NCBI GenBank assembly: GCA_050945915.1
Contig: JBMNTV010000002.1
Coordinates: 4,599 to 68,598 of the forward strand
DNA from: Christensenellales bacterium
GTDB taxonomy: Bacteria; Bacillota; Clostridia; Christensenellales; CALWSW01
Direction: 5' to 3'
Length of the DNA: 64,000 bases
The position numbers and the translations under genes were made by a program. Under the pieces are notes generated by a model, which worked only from the letters and a program-made list of their open reading frames with translations, did no database searches and was not told the DNA's origin. Shown here piece by piece: positions 38,769-48,430 of this stretch; positions within the stretch are counted from its first letter, which is position 1; each line of letters begins with the position of its first letter.

Positions 38769-39244
38769 CGGTGCGCATCGTCTGCGTCGGCAAAATGAAG
38801 GAAAAATTTTATGCCGACGCTGTGAAGGAATACAAAAAGCGGCTATCCAACCGGGTGAAGCTGGACATCGTGGAGGTGAAGGATTTCCCCGCGCCGGACC
38901 GGCTTTCCCCGGCGGAGGAAGCAGCCGTCAAGGACGCTGAGGGCGAGCTGATCTTAAAGGCCATTCAGCCCAACGACCACGTCATCGCCCTGGCCATCGA
39001 GGGCAGGCGAAAAGACTCCCTCGCCTTCGCCGCACAGCTTCAAAACCTGATGAACGCCGGCAAAAGCAGCATCGCCTTCGTCATCGGGGGCTCTTTGGGC
39101 CTGTCCGACGCGGTACTGAAGCGGGCGGACGACACCCTGAGCTTTTCCGACTTCACTTTTTGCCATCAGCTCATGCGGGTCATCCTTTTGGAACAGATCT
39201 ATCGGGCGGTGAAAATCAACGCAGGGGAAAGCTATCACAAATGA
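38762..39244 (+). CDS. rlmH: 23S rRNA (pseudouridine1915-N3)-methyltransferase RlmH
   Basis: 160 aa beginning MLTVRIVCVGKMKEKFYADAVKEYKKRL, with the SPOUT C-terminus ...IAFVIGGSLGLS...LSFSDFTFCHQLMRVILLEQIYRA. Confidence 0.9.
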   Translation: MLTVRIVCVGKMKEKFYADAVKEYKKRLSNRVKLDIVEVKDFPAPDRLSPAEEAAVKDAEGELILKAIQPNDHVIALAIEGRRKDSLAFAAQLQNLMNAGKSSIAFVIGGSLGLSDAVLKRADDTLSFSDFTFCHQLMRVILLEQIYRAVKINAGESYHK

Positions 39245-39792
39245 TTCTTCGGCCGGACGCAGGGAAACGGGATTTTGCCGCCGCTTCTGCGGCTGGCCGG
39301 AATTGTTAATGGATTCACACGCCTCTTTCGCACCTCATATCCTATTCTAACAGAAGAAACAACCCGCCAAGGGGATGCCACCCGGGCTTCGTTTTGGGCG
39401 GCCCTTTTCATCAAAAATCCGCAAAAATGAAGGTCACAAACAGGCGGAACCAACGGGCAAAGCCGCACCGGTTGGCCGCCGCATTCGCTGTTGCGGGGGT
39501 TTCTTCATGAATTTGTAAGTATTGACCGGGTTTCTTTCCCTGCTGTGTTGTGTTATATTGATAAAGTGCAGATTAGCGAAACATCATCATAGCGGCGGTG
39601 GCAAAGCCCTTTGCCCTTGTTGGCGGGGGTTCGTCTTGTCCCGGTTGAACGCGCATCCGCCCCTTGCGAAGCGCTACACGGCGGGCTTTCGGGGCAGCAG
39701 CACGGAACATGCGCGCAAAGCCCACAAACGGCGGCAAAAACGGGTACTTGTTTTGAGATCCGGTTTTGCTGAAAATCCTCGGATTCTGTATC

Positions 39793-39821
39793 TTGCATAT
39801 ATGGCCAATGGGTATTATAAT
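39793..39821 (+). promoter_or_regulatory. Sigma-A-type promoter candidate for serC-serA
   Basis: TTGCAT (39793-39798), a 17-nt spacer, then TATAAT (39816-39821), about 50 nt upstream of the serC ATG. Confidence 0.45.
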
Positions 39822-39870
39822 AAGAGCCTATTGGTTTGTTAATATTTTGACTATCCAACGGAGGATGATC

Positions 39871-40953
39871 ATGAGAGTCTACAATTTTGCTGCGGGCCCC
39901 GCAACTTTGCCCCTGCCCGTTTTGCTCCGCGCCCAGGCCGAACTGGTGGAACACGGCGGAAACGGCATGTCCGTGATGGAGATGACCCATCGCTCTCCGA
40001 TGTTCAAGTCTATCATCGATGGCGCGGAAGCCTCTCTGCGCCGCCTGATGGATATTCCCGAAGATTACGCCGTTTTGTTCCTGCAAGGCGGAGCCACCAC
40101 CCAGTTCTCCGCGGTTCCCATGAATCTGATGCACACCGGCAAGGCGGATTACATCGTTTCCGGCAACTTCGCCGCCAAGGCCGCCAAGGAAGGCGAAAAA
40201 TACGGCGCCGTACGGGTGGTGAAAAGCTCGAAGGACAAGGGTTATGCCTATGTTCCCAAGACCGCCCGGTCGGATTTCGACCCTTCGGCGGATTATGTGC
40301 ACATCACCACCAACAACACGATCTACGGCACGAGTTACCGCACCAACCTGCCGGATTGCGGGGATGTCCCCCTGGTGGCGGACATGTCCAGCAACATCCT
40401 TTCCGAGCCCTACGACGTGCGTCGCTTCGGATTGATTTATGCCGGCGCCCAGAAGAACATCGGACCTGCCGGGGTGACCATCGTCATCGTGCGCAAGGAC
40501 CTCGCCGAAAAGGGGCCGATTGCGGACTTCGTTCCCAGCCTGCTGCGCTATGACATCCAGGTCAAGGACGGCTCCATGCACAACACGCCGCCCACCTTCG
40601 CCATCTATCTGGCGGGCCTGGTGTTCGAAGAACTGGAAAAAACCGGCGGCATCGCGGCCGCCAAGGAGCGCAACGAAGCAAAGGCGAAACTGCTGTACGA
40701 CGTGTTGGACGCTTCCTCCTTCTATCGCCCGGTGGCGGATAAGGAAGACCGCTCCATCATGAACATCACCTTCACCACCCCCGACCCGGATACGGATGCG
40801 CGCTTTGTCAAAGAAGCGGCTGCGCGGGGGCTTGTGAACCTGAAGGGACACAGGGCAGCCGGCGGAATCCGCGCCAGCATCTACAATGCCATGACCATCG
40901 AAGGTGTCCGTGCCCTTTGCGATTTTATGCGCGACTTTGAAAAGAATGCTTGA
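39871..40953 (+). CDS. serC: Phosphoserine aminotransferase
   Basis: 360 aa. MRVYNFAAGPATLPLPVL..., LFLQGGATTQF and YAGAQKNIGPAG (PLP lysine). GGAGGA RBS precedes ATG 39871. Confidence 0.93.
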   Translation: MRVYNFAAGPATLPLPVLLRAQAELVEHGGNGMSVMEMTHRSPMFKSIIDGAEASLRRLMDIPEDYAVLFLQGGATTQFSAVPMNLMHTGKADYIVSGNFAAKAAKEGEKYGAVRVVKSSKDKGYAYVPKTARSDFDPSADYVHITTNNTIYGTSYRTNLPDCGDVPLVADMSSNILSEPYDVRRFGLIYAGAQKNIGPAGVTIVIVRKDLAEKGPIADFVPSLLRYDIQVKDGSMHNTPPTFAIYLAGLVFEELEKTGGIAAAKERNEAKAKLLYDVLDASSFYRPVADKEDRSIMNITFTTPDPDTDARFVKEAAARGLVNLKGHRAAGGIRASIYNAMTIEGVRALCDFMRDFEKNA

Positions 40954-40971
40954 CAGGAGAGTTTGACTGAT

Positions 40972-42132
40972 ATGAATATCCGTATGCTGAACAAAATCGA
41001 CCCCATCGTCCATGAAATCCTCAAGGATTATCACGTCTCGCAGGATTGCGAGGATCCGGTGGGCATCCTCATCCGCAGCGCAAAAATCCACGATATGGAG
41101 TTCCCAGAAAGCCTGCTCGCCATCGCCAGGGCGGGCGCCGGAGTGAACAACATCCCCATCGAGCGCTGCGCACAAGAGGGCATCGTGGTGTTCAACACCC
41201 CCGGCGCCAACGCCAACGCCGTCAAGGAGCTGGTCCTGGCTTCCATCATGATGACCAGCCGCAATCTCTGCGAAGCCATCGAATGGTGCAAATCCCTTTG
41301 CGGCAACCCGGACGCCGCCGCCCTCATCGAAGCGGGCAAGAACCAGTTCGTCGGCCCGGAGCTCAAGGGCAAGACCATGGGCGTCATCGGCCTTGGGGAC
41401 ATCGGCGTCATGGTGGCCAACGAAGCCTATGCCATCGGCATGAACGTCATCGGCTTTGACCCCTTCATCTCGGTGGATCACGCCTGGAAGCTGTCCCGGG
41501 CCATCGAACACGCTTCCTCTTTGGATTACCTGATCCGCGAGTCCGACTTCATCACCCTGCACGTGCCGCTGACGGACGAAACCCGCGGCTTCTTTGGCGA
41601 AAAGCAGCTTGCCGCCTGCAAGCCCACCGCCATGCTGCTCAACTTCTCCCGGGCGGACGTGGTGGACACCACAGCAGTCCTGAAGGCGCTGGAGGAGGAT
41701 CGTCTGGCGAAATACATCGTGGACTTCCCCACGCCGGAGGTCATCTGCAAGAAGAACGTCGTCGCCATTCCCCACCTGGGCGCCTCCACCCCCGAAGCGG
41801 AGGAAAACTGCGCCCGCATGGCCGCCAAGCAGTTAAAGGACTACATCGAAAACGGCAACATCGTCAATTCCGTAAACCTGCCCAATTGCGATATGCCCCG
41901 CAGCGGCGCCATGCGCATCTGCCTGCTGCACAAAAACATCCCCAACATGGTGGGCCGCATCTCCGCCGCAGTGGCGAAGCGAAACGCCAACATCACCAAC
42001 ATGATGAACCGCAGCCGCAATAATTATGCTTATACCATGCTGGATCTGGACGAGGACATCAACAACCACCTGTATGACGACCTCTGCTCCATCGAGGGCA
42101 TGATCCGCACCAGAATCCTCAAGAACAAGTAA
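40972..42132 (+). CDS. serA: D-3-phosphoglycerate dehydrogenase-type 2-hydroxyacid dehydrogenase with C-terminal ACT-like domain
   Basis: Has GVIGLGDIGVMVA (NAD fold), HLGASTPEAE and a C-terminal regulatory domain. It follows serC. ATG 40972 is preferred over TTG 40963. Confidence 0.82.
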   Translation: MNIRMLNKIDPIVHEILKDYHVSQDCEDPVGILIRSAKIHDMEFPESLLAIARAGAGVNNIPIERCAQEGIVVFNTPGANANAVKELVLASIMMTSRNLCEAIEWCKSLCGNPDAAALIEAGKNQFVGPELKGKTMGVIGLGDIGVMVANEAYAIGMNVIGFDPFISVDHAWKLSRAIEHASSLDYLIRESDFITLHVPLTDETRGFFGEKQLAACKPTAMLLNFSRADVVDTTAVLKALEEDRLAKYIVDFPTPEVICKKNVVAIPHLGASTPEAEENCARMAAKQLKDYIENGNIVNSVNLPNCDMPRSGAMRICLLHKNIPNMVGRISAAVAKRNANITNMMNRSRNNYAYTMLDLDEDINNHLYDDLCSIEGMIRTRILKNK

Positions 42133-42289
42133 TTGTTGCAATATTTCCGCGCCCGTCGATGCGGCCCCGCCGCCCGATGGGCGCAAGTACTTTTTGGGGA
42201 CAAAAATAAGAACCTGCTGTGACAAACTCCAGCAGGTTTCATGTTGTCCCCTGTGATTCTTGATCGATCTTGTGGAACTGGCTGGGTGT

Positions 42290-43249
42290 TCAGCAGCGTT
42301 CAAACATTTTCAAGAGCCGCAAATAATGGTTCGCCTCCCGCAGCACGTGATCCCCCAGCAGCGGGATGATGATGGACCGGATGTTGCAGGCAAGGATTCC
42401 CTGGGTGCCCTGGGCCTTGAAGTTCCGCAGGTCCTTCGTCGCCTTCAGGCTTTCCTGGGTCACCTTCGCAAAGCAAGCCGCATCATCCATCGCCGCCTTG
42501 GCGGCCGCCGTCAGCTTATCAAACTCGCAGCCGAATTCATTCGCCTGGCAGATCAGTTCATTCTCCGTCGGGTCCAAAAGCCCCCGGATGAATTTGGCGT
42601 GTTCCGCCATCTGCCTGTTCCAGAAGCGCTCCTGCTCCAGGGCATCCTTTTCATAGCTGCACTCTTCCCTCTTTTGCAGCTTCTTCAGCGTCTTTTCATA
42701 AAGTTCCGCCTCGCGGATGATGTGTTTGATCAGCAACGGATAGTTGAACGTGAACATCTTGCAATCCAATTGATCGCACAACACCTTGGTCTTAAACTGG
42801 ATGAGATCGTCCGTTGCCTTGATCGCCCTGTTGTTGAGGGCGGCGACGCGCTGTTCAAACATCGGGGTGGCCCGGAAGTTGCCGCCGCAGGTGAGCCTTG
42901 CTTCCGCCTGGGTCAGTTCGGTGGGAATCTGAACCCCCGTTAAGAAGATGGTGGCCTGCTCAGCATTCAAAGTAAAGGGCGTGATGACTTCGCCGGACTG
43001 CAGAATGTCGCAACTGACTACGCCATTGGAAAGGGAAACGGCTTCCGCCAAAATTGCGTCAAACTCCTTGCGAAATCCATCCGCCTTTTTCGCACAATCG
43101 GCATCCCGGGGCGTAAAGCCCGCCTGAAGGAAAAATGCGTGTTCCTTCATGATCCTTGCAAAAAACAAATGTAAACCCAAGGATTGTTTTATGAAATCAA
43201 CTCTTGAGAGCATCCTGGTGACCTCCTGTTCGGGTACTTGCTTCTCCAT
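42290..43249 (-). CDS. DUF2935-like helical-repeat protein (function unknown)
   Basis: 319 aa. It has two internally similar halves with ...FFARIMKEHAFFLQ... and ...FWNRQMAEHAKFIRG..., which I recall as typical of DUF2935. Not confirmed by search. Confidence 0.55.
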   Translation of the reverse strand: MEKQVPEQEVTRMLSRVDFIKQSLGLHLFFARIMKEHAFFLQAGFTPRDADCAKKADGFRKEFDAILAEAVSLSNGVVSCDILQSGEVITPFTLNAEQATIFLTGVQIPTELTQAEARLTCGGNFRATPMFEQRVAALNNRAIKATDDLIQFKTKVLCDQLDCKMFTFNYPLLIKHIIREAELYEKTLKKLQKREECSYEKDALEQERFWNRQMAEHAKFIRGLLDPTENELICQANEFGCEFDKLTAAAKAAMDDAACFAKVTQESLKATKDLRNFKAQGTQGILACNIRSIIIPLLGDHVLREANHYLRLLKMFERC

Positions 43250-43419
43250 TATATGTTCACATGATTGAAACTGTTATCCGGTTGACAAGGCATGTTTTCA
43301 AGAATCCGCCAGGGAGAAACGCCCTGGCGCTGTTTTCTTTGCCCGATTTGTGTTACCATGGTCATTGACGTAAACTAGGAGGAGACTTGAATGCGCATTT
43401 GAAGGAGGAACCGTGAACC

Positions 43420-44820
43420 ATGATCCCAGCGCCGGTAGAGCAGCTTGCAGCCGCCTTCCAAAAAAGCGGCCATTCCCTGTTTGCTGTGGGAGGAATGGTG
43501 CGAAACCCCCTGCTGGGCTTTCCCATCAGCGATATGGACGTGACGACGGACGCGCTGCCCGAAGAATCGCTGAAAATCGGGGAAGAGTTGGGGCTGATCG
43601 CCATTCCCAAGGCGGTGCAGTTCGGCACCGTGGAGCTGATCGCGCCGGACAAGAGCTGGTCCGTGGAATGCACCACCTTCCGGGCGGATGTTTACGGCCC
43701 CGGCGGGTTCCACAGGCCGACGGGGGTGCGCTTTTCCAAGGATCTGGAGTCGGACGCCTTTCGCAGGGATTTTACCGTCAACGCCATCTATCAAAACGCG
43801 CTGACGGGGGACATCGTGGACCCCACCGGCGGCATGGAAGACCTGAAAAACCGGCTGCTTCGCGCGACTTCCAAGGACCCCTGCGTCATCATGGGGGACG
43901 ACGGGCTGCGGGTGTTGCGACTGGTGCGCTTCGCCTGCGAACTGGGCTTTGATATCGAGCCAAAAACCCGGGATGCGGCGAAGGAGTTCGCCGAAGGGTT
44001 GGCCGACATTCCCGCCGAGCGCAAATACGCCGAGCTGAAAAAAATCCTGCTTTCCGACGTGCGCTACCACGCGCCCCAGCCCCGGGGCGAACACGCGGTG
44101 CTGCGGGCGCTGAATCTGATGCGCGACCTCGGTTCCCTGCAATACGTCATCCCCGAGCTTTTAGAGGGGGAAAACGTCGCCCAAAATCCCCAGTACCACG
44201 CCTATGACGTGATGAACCACGCCTTTATGGTCGCCGCCAGCACGCCGCCGGAACTCGTCTTGCGCCTTGCGGGGCTGTTGCACGACATCGCCAAGCCCGT
44301 CGTCTTTCACAAAACCGGACGCATGCATGGCCACGAGTCCGAAGGCGCAAAAATTGCCCGGGAAATACTCGCCCGGCTGAAGGTGGAAAAGGCCGTCACC
44401 GAGCGGGTGTGTTCCCTGATTCGCTGGCATATGTACGATTTGGACGGCCGCGCCAGGGAAAAGACCCTGAAGAAGCAGTTCGTCCAGTGGGGGAAGGCGT
44501 TCGTACTGGACCTTGCCACCCTCCGGGAGGCGGACGTCATCGGTTCGGGCATCTCCAGGGAGCCGGAGAGCACCGCCCAGCGCTGGCGGCGGGTGCTTTC
44601 GGAGATGATCGAAACCAACACCCCCTTTTCGGAAAACGAGCTGGACATCACCGGTCAGGACATCGCCGCTTTGGGCTTTTTGGGCAAGCAGATCGGCGAA
44701 GTCAAGCGCGCCCTGTGGATGCACTGCGCCGTTCACCCCAACGAAAACCAAAACAAACGATTGATTCGCCTTGCCCGGGGCATGGGAAAACGATTCCATG
44801 ACCCCGCTCTCAAGGATTGA
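43420..44820 (+). CDS. cca: CCA-adding tRNA nucleotidyltransferase (PolyA-pol head + HD domain)
   Basis: Contains LFAVGGMVRNPLLGFPISDMDVTT, RRDFTVNA and an HD region LLHDIAKP. Confidence 0.85.
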   Translation: MIPAPVEQLAAAFQKSGHSLFAVGGMVRNPLLGFPISDMDVTTDALPEESLKIGEELGLIAIPKAVQFGTVELIAPDKSWSVECTTFRADVYGPGGFHRPTGVRFSKDLESDAFRRDFTVNAIYQNALTGDIVDPTGGMEDLKNRLLRATSKDPCVIMGDDGLRVLRLVRFACELGFDIEPKTRDAAKEFAEGLADIPAERKYAELKKILLSDVRYHAPQPRGEHAVLRALNLMRDLGSLQYVIPELLEGENVAQNPQYHAYDVMNHAFMVAASTPPELVLRLAGLLHDIAKPVVFHKTGRMHGHESEGAKIAREILARLKVEKAVTERVCSLIRWHMYDLDGRAREKTLKKQFVQWGKAFVLDLATLREADVIGSGISREPESTAQRWRRVLSEMIETNTPFSENELDITGQDIAALGFLGKQIGEVKRALWMHCAVHPNENQNKRLIRLARGMGKRFHDPALKD

Positions 44821-44831
44821 TGGATGGTATC

Positions 44832-45632
44832 ATGCAGATTAAATTTGTTCCTATTTTTTCCGGCAGTTCGGGCAACTGCGCCCTTTTTGCCACCGAAGGC
44901 GCCAAACTGCTCATCGACGCAGGCAAGCCCGGCTCTGCCATCATCGATCAGCTCAAAAGGCTGAAGCTGGACCCGTCCAGCCTGGACGGGATCCTCGTTA
45001 CCCACGAACACACCGACCATTCCAAGGGCGTTGGCGTGCTTTCCAGAAGATTCGATCTTCCGGTTTATGCCACCGCCGCCACCTTTTCCGCCATGGAACG
45101 GTCCATCGGTTCCATCGCTTCCAAAAACCTGCGCGTCATCCACGCGGGGCGCGAGTTTTCCGTGGGGAACGTTTGCGTGTTCCCCATATCGATTCCCCAT
45201 GACGCGGCGGACCCTGTGGGCTTTATGATCCGCTGCTGCGGCCGCACCGTCGCTCAGTTCACAGACCTCGGACATATGCCAAAGGAAATCCTGAATACCG
45301 CCGCCGAAGCCGACCTGGTGGTGCTGGAGAGCAATCACGACGTTTGCATGCTGAAAAACGGGCCGTATCCCGCAAGGCTGAAAAACCGCATCCTGGGCAG
45401 GCGGGGCCATCTTTCCAACGATACTGCGGCGGAATCCGCCGTCGCCCTCGCCCGCCGGGGGGTAACTACCATCGTCCTCGGCCACCTCAGCGCCCAGAAC
45501 AACACCGAAACCGTCGCCTATGAAACGGTGTGCAACGCCCTTTGCAAAGAAGGCCTGCGCCTTGGGGAGGATCTTCGCCTGGAGGTCGCCTCCCGGGAAG
45601 GCCCCACGATCGCGTTTGATTTGAGCGTTTAG
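44832..45632 (+). CDS. MBL-fold metallo-hydrolase
   Basis: Has the THEHTDHSKG (HxHxDH) motif. The start is ambiguous (44817/44820/44832). Confidence 0.8.
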   Translation: MQIKFVPIFSGSSGNCALFATEGAKLLIDAGKPGSAIIDQLKRLKLDPSSLDGILVTHEHTDHSKGVGVLSRRFDLPVYATAATFSAMERSIGSIASKNLRVIHAGREFSVGNVCVFPISIPHDAADPVGFMIRCCGRTVAQFTDLGHMPKEILNTAAEADLVVLESNHDVCMLKNGPYPARLKNRILGRRGHLSNDTAAESAVALARRGVTTIVLGHLSAQNNTETVAYETVCNALCKEGLRLGEDLRLEVASREGPTIAFDLSV

Positions 45633-45760
45633 GTTTCTGCGCCCTTGCTGTGCGTTGATCCATTTCCTTCGCCCGGAACCTTGGACCGGTGCAAAGAAAT
45701 CCGAACTGGCTTTGCCTGTTCAGATCCGGCCCCAAACGGGCATTCATCAGGAGCATTCAA

Positions 45761-46603
45761 ATGAGGATCATTTCCGAAAACCAGATTTCCGAGCTGGTGC
45801 GGTCGCTTTTTTTGCGCTGCGCCTATTGCGTGACGCCGGATGTGGAGCGCGCCGTTCGCTCCGCCCTGGATGCCGAGGAGTCCCCCGCAGGCAAAGCCGC
45901 CCTCGCTCAGATCCTCGAAAATCACAGGATCGCGAAAGAACAGCGCCTGCCCATCTGCCAGGACACCGGTATGGCCGTCATTTTTGCGAAGGTGGGCTGC
46001 GAAGCGGTGATCGACGGCGATTTTAACGCCGCGGCGAACCGTGGCGTGCGCAAGGCCTACGCCGAAGGGTTCCTGCGAAAATCTGTGGTCACAGACCCGC
46101 TGTATGAGCGGCGCAACACCATGGACAACACCCCCGCCATCCTTCACGTGGAGCTGGTGCCCGGCGACGGGATCGAGCTTTTTGTCACCGCCAAGGGCTT
46201 CGGCAGCGAAAACATGAGCGCCATTCGCATGCTCTCTCCCGGGGAGGGGGAGCGGGGGGTTGTGGATTTCGTCGTCGAAACGGTAAAAAAAGCAGGCCCG
46301 AACCCCTGCCCCCCCGTTATCGTGGGCGTGGGCATCGGCGGCACCATGGAATACGCCGCCCTGCTTGCCAAAAAAGCCGCCCTGCGGGAACTGGGCAGCC
46401 ACAACGAAGACCCGCGCTACGCCGCGCTGGAAGAGGAGTTGCTTCAAAGGATCAACCGCCTGGGCATCGGCCCCGCCGGAATCGGCGGCCGCAATACGGC
46501 CCTGGGCGTAAACGTGCTTTTTGCGCCCACCCACATTGCCGGTCTGCCCGTGGCAGTGAACATCTGCTGCCATGCCGCGCGGCATGCAAGGGGATCCATT
46601 TAA
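45761..46603 (+). CDS. Fe-S class I fumarate hydratase / L(+)-tartrate dehydratase, alpha (N-terminal) subunit
   Basis: 280 aa. Carries PICQDTGMAVIF and the GVGIGGT motifs of the class I hydrolyase alpha subunit. Confidence 0.88.
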   Translation: MRIISENQISELVRSLFLRCAYCVTPDVERAVRSALDAEESPAGKAALAQILENHRIAKEQRLPICQDTGMAVIFAKVGCEAVIDGDFNAAANRGVRKAYAEGFLRKSVVTDPLYERRNTMDNTPAILHVELVPGDGIELFVTAKGFGSENMSAIRMLSPGEGERGVVDFVVETVKKAGPNPCPPVIVGVGIGGTMEYAALLAKKAALRELGSHNEDPRYAALEEELLQRINRLGIGPAGIGGRNTALGVNVLFAPTHIAGLPVAVNICCHAARHARGSI

Positions 46604-46893
46604 TTTTGATTTGAATTGGATTGAATTTCTGGACCGGTCCAGTATTCGTCAGCCTGCACTTTTTTGCACCACCCTTGCCGTCATCGCTGATAATGCCGCC
46701 ATTTGGGCGGCTCGGAAGGCAGTTTCATCAATCCAACGAATGGCCTCGCGGTGTTCATCATCCGCCATGCCAGCGGTGCGCAAGAGGTTGGGGTTATTGA
46801 AAATGTCTTTGAACCGGTCCATCCGGTTTACGTTATGATTTTCCTGTCACCTGCTATAAAACGCACAACATTCTTCAATCCGAAAGGCATTCC

Positions 46894-47448
46894 ATGAACA
46901 TCACACTTCCTTTAGATGAAGCAACCGCCCGTTCCCTGCGGGCGGGGGACAATGTGTTGCTGTTCGGCCCGATGTTTGTCGCCCGGGACGCTGCCCATAA
47001 GCGGCTGATCGCCCTGCTTACCGAAGGCCTTCCCCTGCCCTTTTCCATCCAAGGCGAAACCATCTATTACGCCGGGCCTTCCCCCGCGCCGGCAGGGCGG
47101 ATCATCGGTTCCGCCGGGCCCACCACCTCCGGCCGCATGGATCGGTACACGCCCCAACTCCTGGACCTTGGCCTTCGCTGCACCATTGGCAAAGGCAGGC
47201 GCAGCCAAGAAGTGCTGTCTTCCATGAAAAAAAACGCCGCCGTTTACCTCGGCGTAACCGGCGGCGCCGCTGCGTTGATCGCAAACTGCGTCACGCGAAG
47301 CGAAGTCGTCTGTTATGAGGATTTAGGCCCGGAAGCTGTGCGCAGAATCTGGGTGGAGGGCATGCCCGCCGTGGTGCTGGCGGATACCCTGGGGAACGAC
47401 CTGTACGAGCTGGGAAAAAAACAGTATCGGCAACCCCTGGAACCATGA
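46894..47448 (+). CDS. Fe-S class I fumarate hydratase / tartrate dehydratase, beta (C-terminal) subunit
   Basis: 184 aa. Carries GPMFVARDAAHKRL and GPTTSGRMD...IGKG motifs. Confidence 0.88.
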   Translation: MNITLPLDEATARSLRAGDNVLLFGPMFVARDAAHKRLIALLTEGLPLPFSIQGETIYYAGPSPAPAGRIIGSAGPTTSGRMDRYTPQLLDLGLRCTIGKGRRSQEVLSSMKKNAAVYLGVTGGAAALIANCVTRSEVVCYEDLGPEAVRRIWVEGMPAVVLADTLGNDLYELGKKQYRQPLEP

Positions 47449-47450
47449 GC

Positions 47451-47486
47451 AAAAAACCGAGGGCAAAGGATGCCTTCGGTTTTTTA
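47451..47486. terminator. Bidirectional rho-independent terminator
   Basis: aaccgagggc / aaaggat / gccttcggtt stem flanked by an A-run and a T-run, between convergent genes. Confidence 0.75.
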
Positions 47487-48237
47487 GCAGTATGTGTGCA
47501 GGATTGCATTCAGCCTTCCCTTTTTGGTCCTGCCCGTAACGCCGCCATACACAAATCGCCCGAATCCCCGGACCGACACGATCTCCCCCTTGTTCAGCTG
47601 CCTGCTTGCGTTTTTGCACACCGCCGCATCCACAAACACCCGTTCATTATGGAAGAGTTCCGCGCTTTGATTCCGGGAAAGACGATAGGTTTTGGCGACG
47701 ATGGCATCCACTCGTTCGGAGGAAATTTGAATTTTATGTTCCAATAGGTTGTAAAGAGGCCCTTCGGGCGAGCGATCCAAAACCGCGCATTGGACGCTTT
47801 GCCTGCCCACCCGACTCAGGTTTTCCGCGATCCACTCCGCCATCGAAGCAAGTCAGAAAACAAAAGCCGTATCCTTTTGCACTGCGATGTCCCCAAGTAT
47901 GGACCGGTCCACGCCGAGGCCGAGGATCGCGCCCAGCACATCCCTGTGGGACAGCACCGCTCCAAAGCGGGCGGCAACGGCAGAAACCCCCACGCAGGAA
48001 ATGGGGAAGGGTTCCGAAAAGCCGAATTCCTCCTCGGATCCGAACCGCGCCACCCGCCTTTCGCAATCCACAGTTCCGCCAAACAGCGAAAGGGGCAGGG
48101 CCAGTTCCTTCTTCATCGAAACCAGCACCGCCTGCTCCTCCACATTCAAAAAGCCGGTGAAGGTAAACTTTTGCGTCCGCTCCGCCCTTTGGCAAAGTTC
48201 AAAAACGCTTTTTTATCTGGGAACGATCCTTTTCCAT
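47484..48237 (-). pseudogene. ylmH: YlmH-like S4-domain RNA-binding protein gene carrying an in-frame TGA and a homopolymer frameshift
   Basis: ORFs 47853-48149 and 47484-47843 are in the same frame, separated by TGA (47853-47855): ...GDIAVQKDTAFVF*LASMAEWIAENLSRVGRQSV. That reading is collinear with B. subtilis YlmH as I recall it. The N-terminus MEKDRSQIKK (ATG 48237) is out of frame at the T6 run 48209-48214. Confidence 0.7.
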
Positions 48238-48430
48238 GGCGGCATCATAGCATGTTTGGCCTTCCTTTACCAGCTCGCGGGAGTGTTCAAACGGCATTTT
48301 TGTGCCCCTGCACCCTCCTTTCTTCAAATTTCAATGTTCTGTAAACCTTTGTTGCCCCGTTTGTGTTTGCTCTTTCGATCTGTTATATTTTCCATATGGT
48401 TTGGAAACCTAAACCATAGGAGGATCTTTA

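Noticed and set aside
39520-39760. T-box leader upstream of serC.
   Set aside because: No AGGGTGGNACCGCG-type T-box sequence is present, and no specifier or antiterminator arrangement was found.
47853-47855. In-frame TGA in ylmH as selenocysteine or a reassigned codon.
   Set aside because: TGA terminates several well-defined genes in the window (mnmG, dnaA, fhs). No SECIS-like hairpin is evident immediately downstream, and the aligned position in YlmH is not a conserved Cys. A nonsense mutation or sequencing error is more parsimonious.
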